Positions 9,659-18,697 of a stretch of DNA of 64,000 nt are shown here, piece by piece. Position 1 is the stretch's first letter. The number at the start of each line of letters is the position of its first letter. A program made the translations under genes and the position numbers. This stretch comes from an uncultured delta proteobacterium (GTDB lineage: Bacteria > Desulfobacterota > Binatia > Binatales > Binataceae), in NCBI GenBank assembly GCA_963808235.1, contig CAWEEQ010000004.1:2688001-2752000 (forward strand). The letters run 5' to 3'. Under the pieces are notes generated by a model that saw only the letters and a list, made by a program, of their open reading frames with translations, had not been told where the DNA came from and made no database searches.

Positions 9659-10351
9659 TTACTCGACCCGCTCCGCTTTCAAATTGTCGATGAGGTCGAT
9701 CAACTCAGCCATCGTGCGAATCACGTGGTCCGGTTTGAATTGCGAGTGACTCTGCAGGTAGCCGAACGACGCCGCACCTGTTGCCACCGCAACCGACGCG
9801 CCGTAGCCGGCATTGATCGCCGCCATGATGTCGCGCGGCTCGTCGCCGACATACATGCACGCGCGCGGATGCATCGCGGCCTTCAGCGCCGTCTGTTTGA
9901 GGCTCTGGGTCTTGTCGAGCGCGCGCAGCGACGTCGTTGTCTGCGTCACGACGTGATCCAGGTATGACGCGAGCCCCACCATCGCGAGCTTCTCGACCAG
10001 CCGCTGCGAATCTCCCGGACGGCTGGTGATCACGGCGGTCGCATAGCCGCGCCGCTTAAGCTCCGCCAGCGTTTCCTGCACATGCGGCAGCACTTCGAGG
10101 CGTTCGGTCTTGTCGATTTCCGCGAGAAAGTATGCGTACGCAAGCTTCGCGTACTCGGGCCGCAGATGCTCCGGCACGCCGAGCCACACGTCGTCGGCCG
10201 CGAGCGCCTCGCGAAATCGCTCGTGCGTTAGCGGAGGTTCGTGGCCGAGTTCGTCGAGCGCACTCTTGGCGGCGATATACAGCGGTCCGTGGATATCGAC
10301 CAGGGTGCCGTCGAGATCGAAGAAGACCGCCTTGAATTCGCGCGATGCCAA
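9659..10351 (-). CDS. HAD-superfamily phosphatase (Gph-like)
   Basis: FFDLDGTLVD, VITS, YVGDEPRDI.AA.NAG. Confidence 0.85.
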   Translation of the reverse strand: MASREFKAVFFDLDGTLVDIHGPLYIAAKSALDELGHEPPLTHERFREALAADDVWLGVPEHLRPEYAKLAYAYFLAEIDKTERLEVLPHVQETLAELKRRGYATAVITSRPGDSQRLVEKLAMVGLASYLDHVVTQTTTSLRALDKTQSLKQTALKAAMHPRACMYVGDEPRDIMAAINAGYGASVAVATGAASFGYLQSHSQFKPDHVIRTMAELIDLIDNLKAERVE

Positions 10352-10456
10352 AGAGTTCCTCGCTATTGCCGAAATCGAGCCGTGAGAAATGCCGGGTCAG
10401 CGACTGACCCAGCCCTCTTTGAACCCTTTTGTTTCCGCACTTGTCAAGTTGCGGGC

Positions 10457-12598
10457 TCACTCGCCCGGTTGATACAGCAGCCGGTATTCGCGCCGCCCGC
10501 CGATCACTTTCTTCACGTACTCGCGGGTCTCCTTGTACGCGATATTCTCTACCCACTCGTCATCGTCGCCCGGAGATTCGGACATCCATTTTGCGACCGC
10601 GTGCTCGCCGCCGTTGTACGCCGCCACCGCATGGAATGCGTTGCCGCGGAACATCTCGAACAGGCTCTTCAGATAGGTCGTGCCCAGGTCAACATTGATC
10701 GACGGGTCATAGAGCGGGATCGCGTCCGTACTCATCCCGCGTTCAGCCGCGACTTTTTTCGCTGTTGAGGGAATCAGTTGCATCAAACCGCGCGCATTCG
10801 ACACCGAAGTCGCTTTCGGATTGAACAGGCTCTCCTGCCGCGCCAGCGCAAGCACCAGGTAGGGATCGAGCGCCAACCGCGTCGATGCGGAATTGAAAAG
10901 ATCCCAGTACGCACGAGGATAGCGAACGCGCTCGGCAGTGGCGTGATCGAGCTGCCCGAATTTCTCCATCCGCGTCGAGGCCTGTATCGCGTCGTACCAT
11001 GCGTCGGCGCTCGCGAACCCGGCCAGCACGAATCGCCGCATCTCGCGCGAGTCTCCGCTGGCCTCGAGTGCCTTCAACTCTCCGGGCTCCAATTCTTTGA
11101 GTCCCATCGCACGAAGCGCATTCAGCCGCGCCAAGTGATAGTCGGCAGCGCCCGAAACCGCCGGCGAACCGCTGAACTCCGGATCGGACGCCGACGACGC
11201 CGGAAGATATGGATTCGCCGCCGCGACGCGACGGCTTGCGAGCTCCGGATAGTAGTTGCTGTCGGTACTCTCAGCGAGCTTCACGAATAGCGACCGCGCG
11301 ACATCGGCGTCGCCCGCTTTTTCAAGCGCCCGCGCATGCCAGTAATCGCACATGTCGCGATCGGTCGGTTCCTTCGCATGAGTGCGAGCGGTCAGGAATC
11401 CCGCCGCTGCGCCCCGATAGTCACGCGCGAGATACAATGTCCACGGCGCGCGAAATCGTGCCTCCTCGGCGGCGTCGCTGTTCGGATAGCGCGCCGCGAG
11501 TTTCCGATACTCCGCGCGCGCCGAATCGAGCTTGTGCTCCTCTTCGAAAATCTTGCCGATTCGCAGCATCGCGCCCGGCGCGCGCTCATTCGCAGGAAAT
11601 TCCGCGACCAGACGGCTCAGCGCCTCACGCGCAGGGGCGTAATCATTGTCATGCCAATAAATCAGCGCGAGCGCTTCCAGAGCCGCCGCGGCGTCCGGGC
11701 CGCGCGGTGCGATTTGCAGATACTCCAGGATCGCGCGCTTGGCGCGGTCCGGATCGGGCTTCTGCGCGCGCGCCTGGACCCAAACCAGCTCCGCGCGTAT
11801 TGATTCCTCGGGCGCCATCGCGAGCCCCATTTCCGCCTGTTCGTTCGCCTCAGCCAGGGCGCCTTCGCGGAGCAGCAACGCCGCTTCGCCACGATGGTAC
11901 GTGAGCGACCGCGTATCCACGACTCCCGGATTCGACGCGAGAATCGAACTCACCAGCGAGCGCGCCTCAGCGTCCGCATCGGAGCGCGGATACCTGTCGC
12001 GCAATTCCATCAACTGCGTGTACGCGGCCTGCGGCTTCCCGAGCGCGATCCACGCCCGCGCCTCGACGATTCGCGCGCCCTGCTCTATCGACGGCTCGGG
12101 ATGCCGCCCGAGCAGCCGTGTCGCAACGGCCACCGCCTCAAAACTGCGCCCGAGCTTCACCAAATTTTGCCCGAGCAACAGCTCAGCCTGATCGCGCGTC
12201 ACGCTCTGCGGATACGAACTGACCAGCCGTTGAAGCGTCTCAGCCGACCCGGCCAAATCGCCCTGATCGTGTTGCGCGAGCGCCAGGTAATAGAGCGCAT
12301 AGTCGCCGAGCGCGGGAAAATGATCGGCCGCAAATTTCAGCCGCTCGATCGCGCGCGCATTGTCATGACCCTGGTAGGCCCGATACCCATCAAGAAACGC
12401 AGCCCGCGGATCTGATGACTGCTCGGATGCCGTCGCCGCTGACGGCGTCGAAGCAGACGACGTCGCATTCGCGCTCGGCGCAGCGACTTGAGCGGATGCA
12501 ACCGGCGCATCAGCCCGCGCGGGCGCCGAGGCGCATCCCGCCAACTGCATCCCACACAGCATCACCACCACCATCGCGGACCGCCCATTCACTTTCAT
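10457..12598 (-). CDS. slt: Soluble lytic murein transglycosylase with TPR repeats (probable lipoprotein)
   Basis: C-terminal RQES.F.P.A.S...ARGLMQL, AYNGGE, ETREYVKKV; LAGC lipobox-like motif; TPR repeats; start trimmed from 12715. Confidence 0.88.
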   Translation of the reverse strand: MKVNGRSAMVVVMLCGMQLAGCASAPARADAPVASAQVAAPSANATSSASTPSAATASEQSSDPRAAFLDGYRAYQGHDNARAIERLKFAADHFPALGDYALYYLALAQHDQGDLAGSAETLQRLVSSYPQSVTRDQAELLLGQNLVKLGRSFEAVAVATRLLGRHPEPSIEQGARIVEARAWIALGKPQAAYTQLMELRDRYPRSDADAEARSLVSSILASNPGVVDTRSLTYHRGEAALLLREGALAEANEQAEMGLAMAPEESIRAELVWVQARAQKPDPDRAKRAILEYLQIAPRGPDAAAALEALALIYWHDNDYAPAREALSRLVAEFPANERAPGAMLRIGKIFEEEHKLDSARAEYRKLAARYPNSDAAEEARFRAPWTLYLARDYRGAAAGFLTARTHAKEPTDRDMCDYWHARALEKAGDADVARSLFVKLAESTDSNYYPELASRRVAAANPYLPASSASDPEFSGSPAVSGAADYHLARLNALRAMGLKELEPGELKALEASGDSREMRRFVLAGFASADAWYDAIQASTRMEKFGQLDHATAERVRYPRAYWDLFNSASTRLALDPYLVLALARQESLFNPKATSVSNARGLMQLIPSTAKKVAAERGMSTDAIPLYDPSINVDLGTTYLKSLFEMFRGNAFHAVAAYNGGEHAVAKWMSESPGDDDEWVENIAYKETREYVKKVIGGRREYRLLYQPGE

Positions 12599-12698
12599 CC
12601 GATCTGGGTTAGCGCATGCTCGGAGCCGCTTCAATTGCTTGAGTTTCGGGGTGGCGATGCGCGATAAGTGGATTTGCGCGCAGGAGACAGTGAGATCC

Positions 12699-13826
12699 AT
12701 GTTCAACGGCATCAAGGTGATCGACGCTGACGGCCACGTGATGGAGCCGAACGAACTCTACGACCAATACCTCGAGAGCAAGTTCAAACCCGACCTCGAG
12801 GAACTCAAGAAGGTCGCGGCGACGCGCGCGTCGAAATACTTCTTCGGCTATTTCCATCAGTTGAATACCGGGCGGCCGCTCGGCGTGGCGCAGGTCGACA
12901 AGCCGCTGATGCGCACCGGGCGCAAGCCCCACGGCGAGACGCCGGATGTGCGCGGTGGCTTCGATCCGCAGATCAGAATCAAGGACATGGATCGCGAGGG
13001 AATCGACGTCGGGGTGCTGTTTGCAACGGTCGTGTCGAGCTTCTGCGCGCTCAAGAGCGTCGATTTCGAAGTCGCGATGATCCGCGCGTACCATCGATGG
13101 CTCGCCGACTATTGCTCGGCGTATCCCGACCGGCTGAAGGGCGTCGCCGTGGTGCCGATGCGCGCGCCCGAGCGCGCAGCCGAAGAGATTCGCCGTGTCG
13201 CGAAAGAACCGTGGGCGGTCGGCATCTACCTGTCGTCGCACATGGAAGAGAAGCTGCTCGACCATCCGGGGTTCCATCCAATTTGGCAGGCCTGCGTCGA
13301 TACCGATTTGCCGGCATGCTTTCACGGCGGCACCGCGCGTCCACCGTATGGCCTCGGCACGTTTGAGATGGGCAACAATCTTTTCATCCAGCACTCGGCG
13401 ACCAATCCGTTCGAAGTGATGCGCGGGATTGCGGCGTTCGTCGGCGGCGGCGTGCTCGACACTTTTCCAAAGCTGCGCGCCGCGTTTCTGGAGGCTGGTG
13501 TGGGATGGCTGCCGTTCTGGATGGAGCGGCTCGACGAGCACTACGAGCTGATGCCGGAGTACGTGCCGTTTCTGCATCGCAAACCGTCAGAGGTGATTCG
13601 CAGCGAGAATTTTTTCATCTCATGCGATCCCGACGAGGAGACGCTGCCGTATGTCGTCAACGCGGTCGGCGCGGAGCACATCCTGTACGCGTCGGATTAT
13701 CCGCACTTCGACGGCAGGTTTCCTGAGACTGTGAGCCTGACCGCCGGGCGCAAAGAGTTCGACGCTGGCGTTCGCCGGAAAATCCTGCACGAAAATCCGA
13801 CTCGGCTGTATACACGGCTCAAGTAG
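12699..13826 (+). CDS. Amidohydrolase_2 family protein
   Basis: IDADGHVMEP, DMDREGID, FH, LEAGVGWLP, ASDYPHFD; AGGAGA RBS. Confidence 0.88.
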   Translation: MFNGIKVIDADGHVMEPNELYDQYLESKFKPDLEELKKVAATRASKYFFGYFHQLNTGRPLGVAQVDKPLMRTGRKPHGETPDVRGGFDPQIRIKDMDREGIDVGVLFATVVSSFCALKSVDFEVAMIRAYHRWLADYCSAYPDRLKGVAVVPMRAPERAAEEIRRVAKEPWAVGIYLSSHMEEKLLDHPGFHPIWQACVDTDLPACFHGGTARPPYGLGTFEMGNNLFIQHSATNPFEVMRGIAAFVGGGVLDTFPKLRAAFLEAGVGWLPFWMERLDEHYELMPEYVPFLHRKPSEVIRSENFFISCDPDEETLPYVVNAVGAEHILYASDYPHFDGRFPETVSLTAGRKEFDAGVRRKILHENPTRLYTRLK

Positions 13827-13837
13827 TAGAAACCGAT

Positions 13838-14380
13838 ATGGCTTCAGCCGCATTAGGGATACGCGGCGGACACGTCACCAACCTCCTCAGTCTCGGTATA
13901 GGGTGGTTCGCGTGCGTCGCCGGCGCGGCCAACGGAACGCCGGCGTACGGCATCGCGGTTGCGGCGATGCTGCTCGCGCTGAATATCCTGATCGCCGAAG
14001 ATCCGATTCATGAAGCGCGCGTGATCGTGGAGGTCGGCGCGATTGGATTTCTGATCGACACGACGCTTGGGTTGGCGGGCGTCTTCGTTTTCCATCCGGG
14101 AACGATCGATCCGCGCTGTCCGATATGGCTGGTCGCGCTCTGGATGATGTTCGGGAGCACGTTGACCGCGTCGCTCGCACGGCTCGCCGCGCGCGTTGCG
14201 GTCGCGTCGATCACGGGCGCGATGGCGGCGCCGCTCAGCTATCTAGCGGCGTCAAGGATGGGCGCGTTTGCGATTCCGGGACTCGTCGCGCCGCGGCTGG
14301 TCATCATCGCGATCGTGTGGGCGGTAGTTTTTCCGAGCCTGCTGAAGCTCGCGAATCGGCGCGAGCCTTCGACAATTTGA
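13838..14380 (+). CDS. DUF2878-like membrane protein
   Basis: GWFACV, P.WLVALW..F, GA.AAPLSYLAA.R.GA pattern. Confidence 0.7.
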   Translation: MASAALGIRGGHVTNLLSLGIGWFACVAGAANGTPAYGIAVAAMLLALNILIAEDPIHEARVIVEVGAIGFLIDTTLGLAGVFVFHPGTIDPRCPIWLVALWMMFGSTLTASLARLAARVAVASITGAMAAPLSYLAASRMGAFAIPGLVAPRLVIIAIVWAVVFPSLLKLANRREPSTI

Positions 14381-14381
14381 A

Positions 14382-15548
14382 TCAATCAACTTGGTGATCG
14401 ATCAGCGAGCCGCGTTCGGTTGCCGGAATTCCGTACGGGCCGAAGACGCGCGCGCGATAGTCGTCGTCGCGAGCGGCGCGCATGAGTGCGTCGCGGTCGC
14501 GCAGGATTCGCAACTGATCGCGGACATAATCGACCTGCCTTTCCACTTCGTACTTGCGGCCTTCGACGTAAAGGGAGAACGCGTCGGCGCTCAAATCGCC
14601 GGCGCGGAGCGCGTTGTCGGCGGCGAGTGCGGCGAGGCGTCCGGTGCGCATCGCGAACTCGTTGCCCTGACCCGTTATCGGCGAAAGGTATCCGGCCGCG
14701 TCGCCGACCAGGAGCAGGCGGTCCCTTGCGACGGCGCTCACGCGATATCCCAGCGGCGCCATCGACCATGTTTGGCCGCTGCGCTGCTCGCTCCTGATGC
14801 GCTCATAGAGCCATGGGTCGTGCTGTTTTGCGATTGACTCATAGAATTCGATCGCGCCCAGATGGTCTGTTTGTTTCGCCGCCAGGTCCGCTTCGAGAAT
14901 ATAGCGATATAACCCCGGCCGAATGCGCGAACCGGAGATCATCGCGCCGCGGACTCCATAGAGATGACGGTTCCAGGTATTAAGTGGAGTGCCTTCGAAT
15001 GATTTAAAAAAGACTGCGACGCCGATTTGGGAAAATTCCGGATCCTCGGACTTGAGATTCAGGGTGCGGAGCGATGGCGCATAACGGCCACCCGCGTCGA
15101 TGATCAAACGCGCGCTGATTTCGGAACGATCGAGGGTGCGCGCGATCGCCGAATCGTGGCGGAACTCAACGTCGGTGACCCGCGCGTTCCAGACCAACTT
15201 GCATCCAACCTCTACCAGCCGCTTGCGCAAGGCCGCATTGAACCCGCCGCGATCCACCTGCACGGCATACGGCGGATGCGGCATGGGATGGTAGGTCCAC
15301 GACAGATCGGGATAGACATTGCGAATTCCGGTTATCCGATCGAGGACCCAATCGCCTTCGAACTTGAGCCCGAGGGCGTCACATTCGTACTGAGTTATGG
15401 GCACCAGCACTTCGCCCGAAGTGATGTCCTCGCCATCCTCGCGCTCTTTGCGCTCGAGCGCGATCACCCGGTACCCGGCTTGAACGAGGCGGATGGCCGC
15501 CGCGCATCCAGCAGGTCCCGCCCCAATAACGATCACATCGGCGTCCAC
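14382..15548 (-). CDS. FAD-dependent oxidoreductase (geranylgeranyl reductase/halogenase-like)
   Basis: DVIVIGAGPAG, VDRGGF, IDAGGR, VGDAAGYLSPITGQG. Confidence 0.85.
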   Translation of the reverse strand: MDADVIVIGAGPAGCAAAIRLVQAGYRVIALERKEREDGEDITSGEVLVPITQYECDALGLKFEGDWVLDRITGIRNVYPDLSWTYHPMPHPPYAVQVDRGGFNAALRKRLVEVGCKLVWNARVTDVEFRHDSAIARTLDRSEISARLIIDAGGRYAPSLRTLNLKSEDPEFSQIGVAVFFKSFEGTPLNTWNRHLYGVRGAMISGSRIRPGLYRYILEADLAAKQTDHLGAIEFYESIAKQHDPWLYERIRSEQRSGQTWSMAPLGYRVSAVARDRLLLVGDAAGYLSPITGQGNEFAMRTGRLAALAADNALRAGDLSADAFSLYVEGRKYEVERQVDYVRDQLRILRDRDALMRAARDDDYRARVFGPYGIPATERGSLIDHQVD

Positions 15549-15641
15549 GGTTGGATCAGTCTGTTGCCATGGTGATTCCGAAGCTCAAGCTAGTACAGAG
15601 GTTCTGATTGCGCCAACCTACCATTGGGCGCGCAATTCAAC

Positions 15642-15671
15642 TTGACTGCGATTCTTTGGACTCCTTATAGT
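15642..15671 (+). promoter_or_regulatory. Sigma70-like promoter for the nuoI-like gene
   Basis: TTGACT-N18-TATAGT. Confidence 0.4.
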
Positions 15672-15762
15672 TGGGCTTTGGAGTTCCTCCATACTCAGCG
15701 CCGCACCGATGCGGTGGTGCCGAAAAGCCTTCTGCGAGTTGGGATCTGGTGCTGGTTTATCG

Positions 15763-16470
15763 ATGAAAAGAAGCGAGGAAATGACCTTCTGGGAGCGGAT
15801 CTATATCCCCGAGATCCTGCACGGGCTGGCGATCACCACCTCCCATCTTCTGCGCAACTTCGCGCTGCATACTGCGCACCTGTTTGGATTCAAGAAGGAC
15901 GTTAACGCGACCTCGACGACCCAGTATCCCGAAGAACGCAAACACTACCCGGACAATTTTCGCGGCAGCCATCGGCTGACGCTGCGCGAGGACTCCTCGG
16001 TCCGATGCACCGCGTGCTTTCTGTGCGCGACCGCGTGCCCGGCGGAATGCATCTATATAGAAGCGGGCGAGTCGCCTGATCCGCATATCGAAAAATTCCC
16101 GGTGCGCTACGAAATCGACACCCTCCGATGCATCTACTGCGGGCTCTGCGTCGAGGCGTGCCCGTGCGACGCGATTCGAATGGACACCTACGTGCATCCG
16201 CGCATCTGGGGCTTTGACCGCCACGATTTCGTCGAAACCAAGGAGCAACTGATGCATCGGTCGCGCGTGCTCGCCGAGAAAGGACGCGACGGCAACATGG
16301 ACGAGATGCTGGCTTGGTACCGCCAGCAGGCCGAGGAGCTCTACGATCCGCAGCGCCCCGAGCTGAAGACCTATACCAATCGCGCCGTACCCAAGCACTA
16401 TGCCGAGGCGCCCGACCATATCGACGATCTCACCGTGATCGACCGGCATCGCGCGCGCACTCGAAAGTAG
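15763..16470 (+). CDS. nuoI: NADH-quinone oxidoreductase subunit I-like 2x[4Fe-4S] protein (orphan)
   Basis: TTQYPEE..FRGSHRL, CTACFLCATACP, ID.LRCIYCGLCVEACPCDAI. Confidence 0.85.
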   Translation: MKRSEEMTFWERIYIPEILHGLAITTSHLLRNFALHTAHLFGFKKDVNATSTTQYPEERKHYPDNFRGSHRLTLREDSSVRCTACFLCATACPAECIYIEAGESPDPHIEKFPVRYEIDTLRCIYCGLCVEACPCDAIRMDTYVHPRIWGFDRHDFVETKEQLMHRSRVLAEKGRDGNMDEMLAWYRQQAEELYDPQRPELKTYTNRAVPKHYAEAPDHIDDLTVIDRHRARTRK

Positions 16471-16474
16471 CAAA

Positions 16475-16720
16475 ATGACTCGAGTAACTATTGGGCTGAC
16501 GCTCGCGGGCCTGGTCGTGCTCTTTATCGCGTACGCGAAGGGAGTCGGCGTGATTCACGGCGGCGACGTGGTTGGCCACATGTACTGGGCGACCGCGGCG
16601 ATAACGCTGGTGGCGCTCGGCAATTTTATCGCGGTGGCGCATCTGGCGCGCTCCGAGCGGATGATCCAGGAGCTGCGCGCTCTGTGCGAAAAGAACGGCA
16701 TCGAGTACGGTGAAGACTAG
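16475..16720 (+). CDS. Small two-TM hypothetical protein
   Basis: Two hydrophobic segments; 4 nt after the nuoI stop. Confidence 0.6.
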   Translation: MTRVTIGLTLAGLVVLFIAYAKGVGVIHGGDVVGHMYWATAAITLVALGNFIAVAHLARSERMIQELRALCEKNGIEYGED

Positions 16721-16789
16721 ACTATACTTGGCAAGCTATACTTGAAGTGACCGACAACGCCGCGCGGCAATGGCCGTGGAGGTGATTCG

Positions 16790-18103
16790 ATGACGCAAAT
16801 TGAAGCTGCCCGCAAGGGTATTATCACCCGCCAGATGACCGAAGTGGCGGAGGATGAAGGGCTTAACGCCGAGGATATCCGCGCACTGGTCGCGACCGGC
16901 GAGGCCGTGATCCCGCACAATATTCATCATGAGTTTCGCGCGATCGGAATCGGCAAGGGGCTGCGCACCAAGGTCAATGCGAATATCGGTGCGTCGAATT
17001 TCCATCAACTGATCGAAGAGGAAGTCGAGAAGCTTTACACCGCGGTCCGCTACGGCGCCGACTCGGTGATGGATCTTTCGACCGGCACCGATCTCGACAA
17101 GATTCGGGGTGAGATCCTGTCGCGATGCTCCGTGATTCTCGGCACCGTGCCGATTTACCAGCTTGGCTCCGAGCGCTCGATCATGGAGATGGAGATTGAG
17201 TTCTTTCTCGACGTGATCGAGCGGCAGGCGCGCCAGGGCGTCGATTACATGACACTGCATTGCGGGGTGACGCGCGAGAGCGTGAAACGCCTACGCGGGC
17301 ATGCTCGAATCGAAGGTATCGTGTCGCGCGGCGGCGCGATGCTGGCGGCGTGGATCGAGCGGACCGGCAACGAAAATCCGCTCTACGAACACTTCGACGA
17401 AGTCTGCGCCGTGCTCCGAGAGCATGACGTGACGATATCGATCGGCGACGGGCTTCGCCCCGGGGCGACCGGCGACGCAACCGATCGCGGGCAAATCGCA
17501 GAACTGCTGCTGATGGGCGAATTGGCCGACCGCGCGCGCACGATGGGCGTGCAGGTGATGATCGAGGGTCCCGGCCATGTGCCGCTCGATCAAATCGAGG
17601 CCAACGTGAAGCTCGAAAAGCGGGTATGCGGCGGCGCTCCGTTCTATGTGCTCGGACCGCTGACGTGCGACGTTGCGCCGGGTTACGATCACATCACGGG
17701 CGCGATCGGCGGCGCGGTCGCGTCGGCGGCCGGCACCGATTTTCTATGCTACGTGACCCCAGCCGAGCATCTCCGTCTCCCAGATATCGATGATGTGCGC
17801 GAGGGCGTAATCGCGACGCGAATCGCAGCGCATTCGGGCGACCTGGTGAAAGGGGTGCGCGGAGCGAAACAGTGGAACGATCAGATGTCGCGATTTCGCA
17901 AAGCGCTCAACTGGGAAGGGATGTACGCGATGGCGATGGATCCCGACAAGGCGCGCCGCTACAAGGAAGAAAGCGAAGCGGCGGGCTCGAACGTGTGCAC
18001 GATGTGCGGTTCGCTGTGCTCGATCAATATTGACAACGCGGCGCTGAAGTTCACGCACAAGCGTTCGCTCGCCGAGGCTCCCGCTCATGCCGCCGGCCGA
18101 TAA
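16790..18103 (+). CDS. thiC: Phosphomethylpyrimidine synthase (short ThiC type)
   Basis: KVNANIG, MDLSTG, GTVPIYQ, SRGG, GDGLRPG, EGPGHVP, APGYDHI, CYVTPAEHL, CTMCGSLC. Confidence 0.88.
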   Translation: MTQIEAARKGIITRQMTEVAEDEGLNAEDIRALVATGEAVIPHNIHHEFRAIGIGKGLRTKVNANIGASNFHQLIEEEVEKLYTAVRYGADSVMDLSTGTDLDKIRGEILSRCSVILGTVPIYQLGSERSIMEMEIEFFLDVIERQARQGVDYMTLHCGVTRESVKRLRGHARIEGIVSRGGAMLAAWIERTGNENPLYEHFDEVCAVLREHDVTISIGDGLRPGATGDATDRGQIAELLLMGELADRARTMGVQVMIEGPGHVPLDQIEANVKLEKRVCGGAPFYVLGPLTCDVAPGYDHITGAIGGAVASAAGTDFLCYVTPAEHLRLPDIDDVREGVIATRIAAHSGDLVKGVRGAKQWNDQMSRFRKALNWEGMYAMAMDPDKARRYKEESEAAGSNVCTMCGSLCSINIDNAALKFTHKRSLAEAPAHAAGR

Positions 18104-18572
18104 CAACAATATCCCCGACAACGCGGCGGCGCTCGAACTCGAGCTCGTCGACAATCGGGGCATGGCGCGCCGAATCTCGGATTTTTGCGGCCACAACTTG
18201 GTGGTCTATTTCTACCCGATGGACGATACGCCGGGGTGCACGGTCGAGGCCAAGGAGTTTCGCGACAACTTCGAGCAATTCGAGGATCTCGACTGCGTGG
18301 TGATTGGAGTGAGCACGGATTCCGCCGAGCGGCATCGCGCATTTGCGGAAAAGCATGCATTCCCGTTCATCCTGCTCGCCGACGAAGATGGCAAACTCGC
18401 GACCGCGTTCGGCGTGTTGAAGGGGAAATACGCGGCGCGGTCGACGTTCGTCTTCGACCACGATTTGAGGTTGCGGCGCTCTTTTCACGACGTGACGCCG
18501 CGCGGGCATGCGGCGCAAGTGCTGGAATTCGTACGGACCATCGTCGAATCGCATCGCATGATCGGCGGATAG
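18087..18572 (+). CDS. bcp: Peroxiredoxin, BCP/PrxQ family
   Basis: VYFYPMDDTPGCTVEA, GVSTD, RSTFV. Confidence 0.85.
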   Translation: MPPADNNNIPDNAAALELELVDNRGMARRISDFCGHNLVVYFYPMDDTPGCTVEAKEFRDNFEQFEDLDCVVIGVSTDSAERHRAFAEKHAFPFILLADEDGKLATAFGVLKGKYAARSTFVFDHDLRLRRSFHDVTPRGHAAQVLEFVRTIVESHRMIGG

Positions 18573-18697
18573 ATTAACACCCCCGGTTAGAATCGACCGG
18601 CGCACAAGGGGAATTCGCGCCGGTAGCATGACTCGCCTAAGTGGTTATAGTTGTATAGTGAAACTGACCCCGCTGGTTGGCGGGACGGATAAAATTT

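Noticed and set aside
12599-12715. Head-to-head overlap of slt and amidohydrolase ORFs
   Set aside because: Disappears with the likelier starts at 12598 and 12699
16721-16789. TPP riboswitch before thiC
   Set aside because: Leader too short and lacks the CTGAGA core
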